Numbered from the whole stretch's first letter, positions 48,616 through 63,378 are shown. The stretch: 63,851 nt of DNA, filler included, from Choristocarpus tenellus KU-1152 (GCA_964200185.2; 12 parts of 12 records of this genome joined end to end with filler, not necessarily neighbours in it), one strand, 5' to 3'. Notes: generated by a model not told the origin, from the letters alone. Made by a program: numbers and translations.

Positions 48616-51242
48616 CTGACCTGCGTACGAAAAATACCGATCTTTGTTAGAAGAAGTGGAAATGGTGTGACAGTGGTGGTTCCGAAGACAGTGCAGCTCT
48701 CCAGTCCTCTTCAATATTGAGACTCACCACTCACAGTCAAGTGCGGAAATGTTTACAACTGCAAAGAAGGGTTAAGCTGGAGAAAATTGACGAGTGAGTG
48801 AGGGTTGGGGGTGTTGGGCGGCTTCCTTGGTCAGGAGTTGGGAAAGTACCATCTAACTATGACAAAAACCCCAAATGAGATGGAAAGTCTTATCATAAGC
48901 CCCATCTTTCACCAGCCACTGTTATTTGATATTCTCCTATTATAATACATGGCATCATAATACTCCACTTGATACTTCAATTGCACAGGATTCCACGGAC
49001 AGAATGATCATTACTTTTTACCTAGACGGCACAAAGGTGTATACAAAACCAGTGGTTGTGTGTTCCCTATGTATTGAATGACAGGATGTAATAAGAACAT
49101 CATCATCAACACAATCAATCACTATGTCCAAATTATCCCACCACCAATTGCACCAGACAGTGGATATGCTCCACATCCTGGCAGTACAAAAAAATAAAAC
49201 TAGTGTACAACATGAAGCAACGTTCAACGGACCAATTAGCCCTATCAACCGCTGATTGGTGGAACTACAACAGAATTTGTGGACAAACATACAGGAAGGC
49301 AAGTCGGCTGTGCAATAAAAAATGTCCCTCTATTTAGAGAAGTGTGAACAACTGTTCATTCCCCTTCACGCACCTTGCAATATATAATATTGTCATTGAA
49401 CCACGCAAAAAATAGCGCAACAACATGAAAAGTCACAGGTCAGGATCCTTCCTTCCCATACACCTCATTATAACTCAATAACGTACTCATCTTCTTGATT
49501 GAATCTATCACCCCATTTTCCCTTAGAAAAAAAAAAGTCACGCCTCAGAACATAATCAAAAGTCCCCTTGACCAGGCATCTTGCTACTGTAGTGCAATGC
49601 TGCACAACTGTGCGAGGTGCTGCAAAACCAAGGCATTGGGGGACAAGAAAAGCAAACTGCTCTCTCTCTCTGTGTAAGTCGCACAACCTATTTGTGTAGT
49701 ATCCCATGTGCCCTACATTCCCAATTACCTATAATTAATTGTATCCTCAAAGTCTTCCATCCTATCCCCAACACTTCAGCCTGCCGTTCAACCAATCATT
49801 TGCCCTTGCTCACTCTTGCTCTTTTTCCTGTTGTACCAAGAGTCGCAGGTCAAAGAGCAATAAATCAGTATCATCATACCACAACCCTGTACCGACTGCA
49901 TCACAGCACTCACACACACGTCTCCTCCTAAAACCACAACAGTTTCAACAAACACAAATAATAAACCTTAGCCTTTCGATAAGCGAAGCAAGGCACCCAC
50001 AAGCAACAACTCCTTCCTGCCCCCTGCCACTCTCACTGGAGCCTCACCACACATGCAGTCACAACATCAACACACACATACCAAAAACACATAAATAGAA
50101 GACCCACGCAGCCATGCTTAGCATGTAGCATCATCCGGGAACTACTCAAAGCAGCAGGGGATTTTTTGTTGGCCAGTGCCTTCTCTGTACCCCTTTTCCA
50201 TACCAATCAATGACTAGGGTCTATTTCAAGTAAGGATTCAACTCCACAATACCGGGACAAACCCCCTCTACCCATCATCTTTTAAAAGTCACTAACCCTC
50301 TCACACACATGGTGAGGCGGGCTATGCGGCTCCAACTTTACTCCCTGCAGATACGACCCAACAACAACTCGCCAATCGCTTGGGCTGAAGGGAAGGGGAG
50401 CTAGAAGAGGTGAAATACTGCTCCTACCATGGCTTGCCCCTATAGAGGGAGGCCATCAGCAAGATACATGGGGGTTGGGGGTTCACTCCCCTCCCCCTGT
50501 CAATTTTTTCAAAAGCAGTTACACATCAACTGCACTCACCAACATAATCTCATCCATCAAGAGATTAAACACACAAAGCTAGGCACTCACGTTATCTCAT
50601 GGGGCTGCCATTCCCCCTTCCAACATCCATGTACTACTAAACTACAACCCCACTAGAAGTAGAGGAGCATATGCAGGAGGTCCGCGTCTGGGTCAAAATC
50701 TGTCGTCTCCATCCCTCGAGTCTCTAGGATGGACAGGCACTGAGCGAAAAGCCACTGAACCTGGATGGGGTAGAGTAGGGGACAAGTCACCAATAGACCG
50801 AAAGTAAGACATTAATCGATGGAATAGCCTGCATTGCACGAAAGAGTGAAGGGTATGAATTTGACACAACTCTCCACCCCCCATCACTCAAATAGTGTGA
50901 ACGGTGGAACAGTCGGAGGCCATGCAGGACAAAAAGGGCACCGGCGTTAAACTAACCCATGTGGTCACTTTACCACGATATAATCTTGCTCATGTTGTGG
51001 CAATGGAAAACGTTAGAACAAGATGGGTTTGTAGACTTCAAAGATGTTAATCTCGTCTCAGTTAAGGTTCACAAACTCTGTGAGGTTCAGCACATCAGTT
51101 TGGTTTCTCCATCAAAACAGCCAGCCCTAGATATCACGCCTTCTTATGTCTTCAACCCATTCCACAGCACTGCCTTGCTTTATCTGTACCATGACACGAA
51201 CATCCTTCACAGGCGACGAACATCAACATTCCATTCCTGCAC

Positions 51243-53185
51243 CTGAGGAAACCCGAAGCAACTCCTGGCAATATTTTGTCCGCTGTCCAATGGGTCTTCT
51301 ATCACCACATGAGCATCCATCACTGCCATGCCAGTGCGCGGATCAACACTCTTGGAGAGGAGGTATGGGTTACCAAGTGCCCCTCGCCTGACACTGATAC
51401 CAAGCCGGCCTGCATCAAACTTCCTGCCAAAGAACTCCAGGAATTTCAATAATGTTTCTCCTGGGGAAAAGCCACTGCAGGTAGATAGGTAGGCAAAGCA
51501 GGAGGGCATCCAATTTGGGAGAGAGGGGATTCAGTGAGCCGAGTTTGACCTTCAAGTATATCTTGTTAATACACAAGGGGTTCAGGTTCACAGGCCAAGC
51601 ATGCACGCACCTGTAACTGGTGATCGCTATTCTGTCATCAATCCACTACTGACTGAAAACTGTCTCATGTAAGTGCACAACCCATCTACCTCTTGGACCA
51701 CAACATAGATATCAATTTTCTTCTTCTCAGTATTGCCATCACCAACACCAACTGTTCCAAAACTCACACATCCCCCTGAATCACTTCAAAAACATCAAAT
51801 TTAGTGGGATAGGGTGACCGAGGCTCCAACAATGTGGTACCTCCAGCGACACAAGAAAACATTGGGTTTGATATGAACTCCCAAAGCAGAGGCTCTCCCA
51901 GGCAATATAATTAAACTCAAATCAGGATGGTGAATAATGACCCCACGTACCTTTCAAATACATTCACAAGAAAACTTGCAGATACACTTGAATTGAAACA
52001 CACTACAGTACAAACACAAATATTGATTATTGGGTCATTTGTCACACCTTTCAATCACAACAGGAGAAGCAGTTATTTGATGAGTCAAAAACATTTCTTG
52101 TCTTTATATTGTTCAGCAGATTGTGCCCTTCAGGGTTGGGGTTGCCACCATTGAGTAGGTGGAAAGTACTTGTGGTGTAAGCAACGCCACCACTATGAGA
52201 TCAGTCAGTTGGTTTACTGTACAATGGGGCTACATAGCAAACTCTTTTTCTGTTCACCTAATGACCTTCATGGGGCCACAGCAACCAGCAACCTCCTCTT
52301 CCATTAGGACAATTGTATCTATTCCATAGTCACTACCCCACTCACTGATTCACTAATATCTCTGAACGTCATCAATGATGAAACACAATTGAAACCAAGC
52401 GCGTCGCACAACAACGCAATCCAGTATCAACAGGGGTGGTGTGGGCAGAGAGGGCTAATACATTCCAACTTTGAAGACATGCAAAACACAACTACTGGAT
52501 TGAGAACAACAACTCACAAAAATTATCTGACCATTCGATATGGCTTGGCAGTATGGTCTCCACGGAGGTGACTGTACTGACATACCAAAGTGCCGAGAGA
52601 GGGGAAGAAAGAGCCACACACAACTCATTCCATGTTGCGTAAGAAACATGAAATAAGACCACTAAGAGTAGCAAAGAAGAAGTATCGACTCAAATCAACG
52701 TTGTAAGAGAGCATAACCCTAACCCTAGAGACCTATTGAGAGTGTAGCTTTGTGGAGTCGACAATATTTGAAGTCAACTGCCCTCAATTCTCATCATCCC
52801 AAAAAAAAGTATGGAAAAACAGATGGGGAAAGGGGGATGAGTCCCCCCCCCGGGATAAACGAACAATAGTTTCTCTCAGCAAAAAAAGTGTGATACAAGA
52901 CAAGAAGGGTAACAAGGACATCTCAGGGATCGTATCCAACCAACATTCAACACATCCCATGCTGTTTCAATCAACCTCACCTCAGGTCCTCCTTTTCCAC
53001 ATCTTCTGGTGTTAGTACCACTGTCATGTGCCCCATGTGATACAGGTCCCTACCAGACGTGGCGGTCGGCATTGGGTACCCCCCTCTTCTGTCCCACATC
53101 TGAGCTTGCGCCCCCCCCGATACCTGCCGCTGCTTTCCCTGTGGAGGGGGCGGCAGCGCGACCATTGGCGGCGGCGACTGCATCT
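51243..53185 (-). CDS. Non-canonical poly(A) polymerase / terminal nucleotidyltransferase (Trf4/PAPD5-like), internal exons 53185-52981 and 51474-51243
   Basis: GETLLKFLEFFGRKFDAGRLGISVR...VVIEDPLDSGQNIARSCFGF is the PAP-associated domain with its nucleotide-recognition motif; the splice CTGAG|GTGAG to CTGCAG|T is in phase. Confidence 0.85.
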
Positions 53186-54674
53186 NNNNNNNNNNNNNNN
53201 NNNNNNNNNNNNNNNNNNNNNNNNNNNNNTTAATTAATTAANNNNNNNNNNNNNNNNNNNNNNNNNNNNNNNNNNNNNNNNNNNNCCCCCCCTCCCAGAT
53301 ACTTTGAGTCTTGAGCCAATTTTCCTTGTAACATCCATTGTTGAGAACAATGCCCTGTGGAATTTGGTTCATTGCTATTCCACAAAGAGAGGATCGCCTA
53401 AGAATTACAAACGTTTTTACAACTTAGTTTGATTTTTGTTTTTTCAAGAATAGATGGTTCGAAGTGCGAGAAATTCAATACAAGAAAAAACAATATTGAT
53501 AATAAAAATAATAATAGTATATATGTATGACTGTTGTACTCACTTACTTGTTGTCCTGCAAACGCTTGTTCCCATGCCCATTTACTCTGTAATAGCCATT
53601 GACCTAAACAATACTTGGGGCCATTTGCTCTCTAAATGCTTGTTGTGCGGCAAACACTTCAGTTGATTTGGGACGTAATTTTCTTTATCCAGGAAAAATT
53701 GCTTGTGGCCATTTGCTCCATAACATTTGCTGCCCAAACAATGCTTTGCCGTTTGTGTGGCCTAAAACGCTAAGTTGTGTTCTATTATGTTTGACCATTG
53801 CAACTTCCGAGGTAGGTTCTTGTTCCATTTTCTGAAGCAGAGTGTTCATTTTTATGCCGTAGCCCTGTATCTATCATATTGCGTTTCCTCCCACTAGCCC
53901 CTCACACCTCATCCTTATCCCGTATCCACACTATGAGGAAAATGTCTTCTGCACAGCTGTCTCTCTAAACTAGGTGTTATTCAATAAGCTCTCTTTTTGC
54001 TCCTCAGTATTTCTTGGAAAAGGTGCCTAAGACACCAGCAAAGGACACAACTTTCTACACTAGAAAATAGTGTTACGACCCTTTGATGACTACTACTCTG
54101 AGTTCAAGGTTGGAGGGAAAATACTACATGATTCCATAGGTTGTACATCACGTACTGGTTATATTTTTTATATCTCCTTGAACACGGCAAGGTGTCTCTG
54201 TGCAAAACATCATCTTTGTTCAAGGGATCCTTACTGCAGTTGTGTACGGGGAGCTGAGGAATGTCTGCTACAGGTTGCCCATACCTACAATGAACCCCTG
54301 ACAGTATAATCAAATATCTAAATTCATTTTTGAAATATAACACTGGTATGCTGCGTATTATAACTGAACAAGATCACCTTTGAGTGGGCAACTTTGTCCA
54401 ACTCCAATAGAGTTCATTACTGTTAAACCTTCGAAATTTTCCGAAAAATTTCAATATCTTATCCTTGGAGTACCCTGCCTGCCACTCATGCCACAAAATT
54501 TAAGACGTGAAATTTATTTTTGACCCCTCTCAATGTCTGCAGGGTACTCACACAATATTTAGCTGAAAGACTTAACCTTATGTTGAATTTATCTTGTCTC
54601 GTCCTTTGATCACCTTTCAGTCCTCTTCCCTCCCTCTGTGGAACAAAAAATCTTGTTGATGTAATGTATTTCAG

Positions 54675-55973
54675 GTGGACAACCTCTGCCGCAATCCCGA
54701 CTTGGTGGTACTTGTGCCAGCCTCTCAGGAGGCTGAGCCTCTGGAAATCCATGTCACCTTACGACATGACGGTAGTGGAGGGCTTTCTAGGCAGGAGAGG
54801 AGGCAGGAGTCTAAGGGTGGCACCAGAGACGGGTTGAGGGCATGTACCATTTCTCAAGGAAATCAACAGAAGGAGGGAGTGGGGAAGAGGAGGACAGGGT
54901 CCCCTAAATTAAGATTATCTCCAGGAAAGGCTTCTACACTTTGGTCCCCAATGGGTACAGAGGATGGTTTGACCATGCTAGGCTATGGTGCCGAACCAGG
55001 ACACTCAGAAGATGAGTTGCAAAGGGCACATCATCACGCACCTGTAGGTAGAGGTGACAACAAAGCTTCTACAGGCATTGATTTTGACCAGTTGAAGTCA
55101 ATGCAGGGTTGCATGGAGGCGGTTCTCAAGGGTGGAGAGAGTCAGGTTGGAGGGGTACAAGGCAAATGTGATGTACCAGACGGGGAGCATAACAGAGGAA
55201 ATGGTCAGCACTCAACTCAGAGTTGTCTGAATCGCGTTGGTAGTGTTGTTTCACGCCATGCCAGGACCGCACCTGCTCCACTCTCGGAGGATGAAGGCCT
55301 TAGGGGAGTAGCAACGGGTATGTATGACTGGACAGCAGCCGAGGAAGAGAACACAGATAAAGAGGGAATAGGACCACTTGTGCCCCTCTCAATATCCAGT
55401 TCACCTAACAATGATGGGGATAGTGAGCAAAGCGCCACTATACGCCAAAATGGTAGATTCTCACTGCAGCTCCCCCGAAGAAAGAGCGGGGGGGAAGGCA
55501 AAGACAAGGGAAGGTGTGAGGCTGAGATGAGTGGCACGAATGCATGCCAGACTCTAGATATCAGTGCAAAGAGAGAAGAGTTGAAGAGCAGTATGCATCT
55601 GAGAATCCTTAGTGACCCAGCTTTATCAGATGTTCGGAGGGGAAGTGATGCAAGGTTGACGTCAACAGGGAAAACATCAATTGATAGTCCTTCCTCTAAC
55701 ATTCAAGTTAAGAGGGAAAGGGAGTTAGAGGGGGGGGGTTCGCAACCACAAGAAGCATGGCAGAGGCGAGGGCACTGGCAGAGAGCATCTGCAGCCGAGG
55801 TTCAAAGCAATGCAAGGGTCTTCTTTGGAGACAAATCTTCTGTTTTGGACAAAGCATGCTCTACTGATGGAGGAGAATGGAGCGGAGGGAGTGAAGAAGG
55901 GCCTCAAGGTTGTCACATCCGGGTTGCATGTACAGTCCGTCAGTCATACAAGCTCTTTTCCAGTGACCCTCAG
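54675..55973 (+). CDS. Large internal exon (433 codons) of an unidentified protein: ordered-looking ends around a long low-complexity insert
   Basis: Acceptor TTTCAG|GTG, a 1.3-kb stop-free frame, VDNLCRNPDLVVLVPASQEAEPLEIHV...IRVACTVRQSYKLFSSDPQ, and a candidate donor CAG|GCAAGT. Confidence 0.75.
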
Positions 55974-56099
55974 GCAAGTACCTGCATTGCGGTGCAAGCC
56001 TCTGCCGTACCTATCTTTCACAAAAAAAAAGGCTAAACTTATCCAAAACTCTCAGCATGGGCTAAACTACCCACAGCTAATAGTGGCAGTGGCAGAGGC

Positions 56100-57000
56100 A
56101 TTTATAGACAAACAACAGGGTCAGAACTGCTCTTGAGAGTTGATTTCCATGAGAGATTGGTTGGGAGAGATCGACTTAGCAAATGAAAAAGCTATCTCCA
56201 GAAATCATGTAGCATTTTGCATTGTTATACCTCTCTCCTTCCACCCCTCATGTGGATGTGCTCCTTTCCGTTTTGGATGCCTCCATGTAGGACATGGAGA
56301 GGGATATTTACGCATTGGTGACAGGTCTGTTTGAGCAAGCGTTTTCAATACCCAGGGATGTTTCCAGTGCACCTGGGATGCCAATCTTCTGTGGGGGAGG
56401 TCGCCCAAGCGCTACCTATACCAATGGGTGAGTGGGCATCAGGGGTTTACATACAGAGCACTAGAAAGCTTTCCTGATTGCTCCTTGGTTACCTCCAGGT
56501 TTGAACACAACGCATGACCGTTCTTGTAAACTTCCATTCATTGTCGCAGTCAGTTGACCCTTCTAACCAAGCAAAGCAATCCCGAGCACCGATCCATGCA
56601 TCCCCAATCACTATCCCCTTCTCCCTCCTCTGATACGGCCATGAACATTGTCTTGTCTTCATCAATTGAGTATTTCTGCAATGACTTGGACAAAGTTTAA
56701 CATTGTTGAGCAGCATGGCAATAGTCTTGGCAGCAGAGACATCAGTACCAGAGAGCTGGTGGGTGGTATATTGATAGTCACAAGGTGTACTCAGTCCAAA
56801 GGGGTTTACCATCTTCAATATAACTAAGCATGTTCTGATAGGGACACAAAGGACATTTATTGTATGGTTGTGGTGACGACCCACGGGGCACAAAGATCTT
56901 GGTAATACATCATAGTAATCTGAGACAGAAGAATACCACCTTTTGGAGGTTGGAAGCAATTTGATGCTCTGAGGAAGAAATTTCCATTGTAGGGGCAAGA
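56100..57000 (-). mobile_element. Possible degenerate non-LTR element 3' region (restriction-like endonuclease type)
   Basis: GRHHNHTINVL, IAMLLNNVKLCP and RREK loosely follow the HxxH / LLxDVT / ExxK order of RLE domains; decayed. Confidence 0.3.
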
Positions 57001-59470
57001 AAGAACCCTGACAAGTTCCCTAAAAAGTGCACATTATCGGATTTGAATTTAAAATGCGCTTAGATGTAGAAACTAAGAATAAAGGTAAGTTGGAGTAACA
57101 GGTGTTTAATATCCCAAAGCCATACAACCAGTGCAGCCTGCTCAGTATTTGGGTGCTAAGATCCAGCTGCTGCTGACTTCAACGTATGGGAACAGTGTGG
57201 TAGGAACCTTAAACAGTCATGCTTCAATACAATGCAATCTAAAGTGTCCCTTTGTATTGATTCAGATATATGCATTCATCGAACATCTGAGTATGAGGTA
57301 TTCAACTCTTTTCAGTGAGTTTAGTACTTGTTGGCTCCCTAGTGACTACCACATTTTTTTTTTGTCAAAGTGCTCCTTTACTCAGTCATGAAACTGACCC
57401 TTTCACAGTAGGTCTGTCATCTTTTGGTTAACTAGGAGTAATCTTATCTTATTCATCTTGTGTTGCTGCACATGAGTAGAGTACTCCTATTTTTTACTAT
57501 GCTGATGCACTGCACACGCACCAGACCCAAAGTATCTGGGAGGGGGGGGGGGTCTAGACCAGGGTGGCCCTTTGGACCAAAANNNNNNNNNNNNNNNNNN
57601 NNNNNNNNNNNNNNNNNNNNNNNNNNTTAATTAATTAANNNNNNNNNNNNNNNNNNNNNNNNNNNNNNNNNNNNNNNNNNNNGTCCATTTTTTTACAATG
57701 TATTCTGTAGTTGAAGTGGACACCTTGTTTTTTTCTAAAGACTCTTGCTGACTAGATTATTTTTAAAAGTGTGTGCTGATCTACACTATGCAATGTATTG
57801 GAGGGGGGTTAGGGCTGCAGTTTGAAAATGAACCTCTCATTCATTGCTGGTGAAAGAGAGAGGATCAAAAAATCTTTTTTACAACTTTTTCATTTTGGGG
57901 AGAGAGGGTTTGTGATAGAGTTTGAAGGTCAGGGGTAGAAGAAAATAAAAATAAATCACATATCATAGATTACCAATGTGTCATCCAGACAATAGTAATC
58001 GACCCACTACTTCTGTTTTGAACCATGGCATGTTAACTATCCCCAGTTACTCTTAGCTCGGGCCTAACCCTAACTCATGACCCTAACCTATAACTTAATT
58101 GTAACTAACCAAAATAACTCAAGTCATGACTATAGCCGGAACCAACCTGTAGATGATGTAAATTATAAAAAAATAATAATAACTAATAGTGTAGGTTAAA
58201 AGTCGTGAAATTCACTCCCTCACACAGATACACATTGCGGCACTAAATAATAGAGTCAGTGCAAAAAAACAGCTTTTTGATCGCGGGGGAGGGGGAGGAA
58301 ATATCCGTGACTGATGTGACAGTTTCATGTCACAGAACATACAAAATCACAACCAGACAAAATGGAGCCTCTTGGGATCCACCAGATGGGAGCATGTAGT
58401 CAATGTTGCGATGATCCATATTGCATTCGAAATAATAAAAATATGCTATACATATTTTTTATTAATATAATTTTTATTTTCTAGTGAAAGAAAATCGAGT
58501 ACGTTATAAACACATCAGATAAACATAACCTACGTACCATCTATGCACAGGAAATCACTTTTTCTTATATATATATATATATATATGGGATGCACATAAA
58601 GAAGTAACCAAAATCGGAAGCACTATATAAAAAAAACATTGAAGTCACAAAAACAACCACCAATAATACGATATAGACCGAGCAAGCAAAAAAAAGAAGA
58701 TTTGTGTATATCTACACCATGTCATAAAATTCTTAATATTTTCTGTCACACTCATCTTTTTTTTTCCGAGGAAGAACAAAAAAGATTTTTGTGCTGTGCT
58801 CATCTTTAAAAAAAAGGGAAAAAAGAGTTGTCATCCCTTCATCTTTTTTTTCAAAGTTGAACATGCTACAACACACGCAGTAATAGCTACAAATAGTGTA
58901 ACATTACTGAACCCTAACCCTAAGTTGATAGATAGAAACACACACACACACACACACACAGTCAATTGAGCACATACACGTAACTGATTTCCATTCTATC
59001 ACATCAGAGCTCTTAAGTGGAAAATTGTACTAAAATATCTGATACGTCACACTGGTACCAATACCTGTGGAGTTTGTAATAGCACTGCGATTGACAATAC
59101 AACAGTTACACAAACCGCACCAAGTACAAAAAATGCTGATCAGGCAGTTACAATATTAAAAAAAAATAGTGGTATCACTACTGTATTAAAATATATACAT
59201 ATATATATATATTTGGCGGGACAAACCAAGCAACCAACCAACACAACAAAATTCGATTTCCACATGCTTGGTGATCAGGCCATTGTGGGTACCACTGTTC
59301 GGGGGGGGGGGAGTAGCGGAGATGATCCTCTCTCAAACGCCTTTTTTTTGTGAAATAGAACTGACTGTTGATGGCAGTAAGATGGACGGTGGGATGACTG
59401 AAGCCAATGCCAACAAAAATGCACCAAAAGAGTCAACACGTTTACCAACAATGCAGTGGTTTCGGGTACA

Positions 59471-59679
59471 GTACTGTAGTATTGGTACTGTAGTATTGGT
59501 ACTATAGTATTGGTACTGTAGTATTGGAACTGTAGTATTGGTATTGTAGTATTGGTACTTTAGTATCGTTATTGTAGTATTGGTATTGCAGTATTGGCAC
59601 TATAGTATTGGTACTACAGTATTAGTATTGCAGTATTGGTACTATAGTATTGGTACTGTAGTATTGGTACTTAGTATGG
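59471..59679 (+). repeat. Minisatellite, 14-bp unit GTACTGTAGTATTG, about 15 copies
   Basis: Direct read; copies carry point variants and have no spacers. Confidence 0.95.
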
Positions 59680-60530
59680 CAAGTGCCAGTACAGTGTGTA
59701 GTGCCTCTGACCACGGGTTGGGATAACCCTTGGATTAAAAAGATAAAACAACATTAATAATAACAGTAACGGTTGCAGTAATAGTAATGCATTGATTCAA
59801 AAGCATTCTCTCTGTTGTTGTACATCACAGATAATAAAAAATAGAAAAATATTGGTGGGCCTTTGAAGTCATGAAGAAAAAAAGTAGGAACCTTCATTGA
59901 CACATGCATATAGTAGTGTTGATATTATAGTATCATTGTCAGATTCACGGACTCACAAAATCGTACACTGCCTATTATATATATGCACTGCATGGAGGGA
60001 GTCACAGGATATTAGAAACTACCTGTGTACCAGAGAAAGAGAAAGAGAGAGAGAAAGAGAAAATTACCTTAGAAGATTCGAACTATGAGCATTACAAAAC
60101 TTCTACTGCCATAAGAACAACAACAAAAAAAATAATAATAATAATCAAGGTTCTGCACCAAATACAAGAATAATATTATTTTTATTATATTTTTTTAAGT
60201 AATCAAATTCACCATATACACGCTCTCTGAAGACCCAGTTTCTAAAGCTGGTGTTTCAAGCATTATTTTTAAAAATCCCGAATATTATATCCACATGGGG
60301 TATGCAGGACTGCTTCATGTCCTTACATTATTATTATTATTATTATTTTACATCCCAGAGACCAAATAAGATAGCCTAGGTACCCCAGCAAAAATATTTA
60401 TCGACAGCTGCCATATCCAACTCAGTCCATAGAAAAAAAAGGTGTTTTTTTTCATTTTGCTGCCCATTCACCATAGAGCTATATATGCATACAGCAAATC
60501 TTACAGACCTATGGTCGATCAAAGGGATGA

Positions 60531-60568
<38 letters not shown>

Positions 60569-61219
60569 TGAACAGTTTTTCATCTTGGTTGCCCTAACCC
60601 TTCTCTCTTATACGATACTCAACTATCATAATATATGCTGTGTTGGTTTAGCAGACTTGACTTGGCTCTTGTTTTGGAGGCGATGGAGTGTTTGCGATAT
60701 GTTTAACTTCTACAATATCCTTACAACAATCAATCACATACCTACTTTTTTCTCAGGTATTGTGTTGGCTCAAAGTATCGGGGGGGGGGGGGGGACGGCT
60801 GTCCATTTTTGGGGGCAATTTTTTTTTTTTTGCGGTTNNNNNNNNNNNNNNNNNNNNNNNNNNNNNNNNNNNNNNNNNNNNTTAATTAATTAANNNNNNN
60901 NNNNNNNNNNNNNNNNNNNNNNNNNNNNNNNNNNNNNCCCAGTCAATTTTGGGTCAAGCCCATCCTCAATGAAAAGTTCCATCCTCAATTTTTGAAATCG
61001 GCTGTTATTGGGTGCGTGTTTGATGAAAAACAAATAACGTATAGTCTCCCAATTCAATGAACTATTTAAGCTAATGAATATTGTTGTGTGCCTGATAGAA
61101 AAAGGTTGGGTGTGTTTGAGTCAGGATAATGGATATCTGCCTTGGGGGTTTAGTGTTAGGGTCTTGTTCAAAGGAATGGACTCTAACCGTACGGATTTTC
61201 TGTAATATTTGACGCTTTA

Positions 61220-61479
61220 GAGCCAAAGTATATTAGAGGGTAGAGCCGCGTCCATTTGGGGGCAAAATCCAATGTTGCGATTTTAATTTAATATTGGCTA
61301 TCGTATTTGTTAGGAAGTGTCAAATATCCATATTTCCGGACACACCTTTTCATAACAAATACACTTTACCTACTCCTCAACATTTTGGAGTAGGAAAATG
61401 CTATAAAAGAACCCATGGGAAGCCAAGCCCCAAATGGACAAACAGGGCAAAACTCATACTCTCTAAGATACTTTCCCTC
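61220..61479 (-). mobile_element. MITE family A, full-length (260 bp), reverse orientation
   Basis: TTTA|GAGCCAAAGTATATTAGAGGGT...CTCTAAGATACTTTCCCTC|TTAA; the interior is the reverse complement of 42118-42378. Confidence 0.88.
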
Positions 61480-62814
61480 TTAATGATGACACACGGCGTG
61501 TTGTCGCTTTTCTTCTTTTTTTAAAAAGATATTGGTTCGATGTCGTATAGTATGGTGCGGAAATTCTTATCTTGTTTCGTACGAATCATTGACAAAATAT
61601 TCCCGCATTTTCTAGTGGGCCCCAAATCGAATGGGCGTATGGGAAGTGGTGATCCTTTTCGGCATTATTGGGGGATTTGTGCTTTGGGAGTCGGCGACTT
61701 GAACCCCTGTGTTGGTAAGGTTTCGTAACCGCCCTGGAGTGTCCATCCCACGTGTGAGATGCGATGGTCGTCCTTCCCGTGAACAGAGGTGGAAAGTTGG
61801 TTAGATGTTTGGCCTTGCTTGTCTTGCTGCTCGTTGTGCCTGGTTCAAGGAGTAAATGACTCGAGGTGGGGTGAGTGGAATGGACGGTTTCTCTTTGTGA
61901 AATTTGTCATTTTTTTTGTCCGATTTGTGAAAACATTTCCTTAGGGTGGATTATATGGGAGGAGTGAGGGAATGAAGCCAGTTTCGGGTACATAATCATA
62001 TTTGAACTATTCCATTTAGACACTTTCTTCTTCTTTTATTGATCGAAAATGTTGGAGGAAGTAGTCGCTAATCGAGAAAGTAATTCAACCTTATATTGGA
62101 GTGGGTATTGTGGATATACATCAATATTAGAGAACAGAATAATATAAATATATCAATATGTCATTCCATCTGCAACATGGGATTCTGACATCTTTCCTAC
62201 TACCTTTGACATACTTCCAAAGTTGATGGTTACATGAAGGAATGATATATCCCAACGTAGATAAAGAAGATGTAGGACCAAAGAGCCAACGTAATCTCGG
62301 CTGAGAGTCAGGATCGGAACGCTATTCGTTGAGACAGTGGTGGTTCTTACTCTTTTGTCAAAAATATATATCGACACTTTATCCCATCCTCAATTTTTGA
62401 AATCGGCTGTTTAGTCCAAAGAAACAGGCATTTTCATGAGATCCGGATTTGACCAAACAGCCAAAATGGATCCTCAGAATGAAGAACCATTCCGATTCTG
62501 ACAAATCCATTTCTTTGCTGTGACATTGCTCAGTCATTCTGGAAACATACGCCATGTTCTGAAAAAGATGTACTGTACTGGATTTACTGATCTGTTATGA
62601 GATAAGAGCCAAGACCTTGAAACTCGGTCTCACCCTCTGAGGTGAAGGAGTTTCATTTCCAGTGATTGTGATTGCCCCCTTGAGCAGAGAACTTTTCACC
62701 TTTGACACTTTCACAGTGGTACTCACGCCTAGTGTTCAAGGGGAGCTAACTCACGCCGCGTTATGTTGGACACTACTACCCCCACACCTGCTGCAACGTC
62801 GCACACTAGCAGCA

Positions 62815-63378
62815 ATGCCAAAGAGAAGTCCGCAACTCGCAAGGGGAAGAAGAAGACGACCCATGCAACGCCAACAACTGAAGGAGGTAATGAGGGGGGG
62901 TAGTATAAACGCCCAACCTCAACCGAGTCCCGCGTCTATTTCTATGGACAGAGGCATCCCTGGTGGCTCGCTAGAGCAGGAAGGGATGGTGGAGCAGAGA
63001 CTGAGGGAAGGCCCTACCTGTAATTCGGCCCTGAATCGGTACAGCATGTTGACTGAAGATCAGGAGGAAAAAGGCGAACACAGTGCAGTGGTGACGTTCG
63101 ATATCCAGACGTACATGAATCGCCAACTCGTCTACGCCAAGATTGTCGTCGATGAGGCGATTGAGAGGACTTCGCATGACAAAGATTTGATGGCAGCGTC
63201 CATGCAAACTTTAAATATGAAGATGAGTATATTGTCCCACCCTACCTCAACCATATTCACTAGGGCTAGGTACTTGATCCTTGATCATGATACATCTTCT
63301 CACAAAGACTTACCCCATGAGTTCTGGAACACAGACTTTGTCCTATTCCCCTGTTGCCAAATTTCAAAAATGGGTTAG
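62815..63378 (+). CDS. Unassigned ORF (first exon of a gene or TE ORF1-like)
   Basis: Open frame from the ATG of MPKRSPQ..., richer in GC than its flanks; no recognisable domain. Confidence 0.3.
   Translation: MPKRSPQLARGRRRRPMQRQQLKEVMRGGSINAQPQPSPASISMDRGIPGGSLEQEGMVEQRLREGPTCNSALNRYSMLTEDQEEKGEHSAVVTFDIQTYMNRQLVYAKIVVDEAIERTSHDKDLMAASMQTLNMKMSILSHPTSTIFTRARYLILDHDTSSHKDLPHEFWNTDFVLFPCCQISKMG

Noticed and set aside
59471-59679. CRISPR-like array
   Set aside because: Head-to-tail 14-bp units with no unique spacers, no cas genes and a eukaryotic context.
61685-61740. B-box-like GGTTCAAGTC on the minus strand (tRNA or SINE)
   Set aside because: No cloverleaf or A-box could be built.
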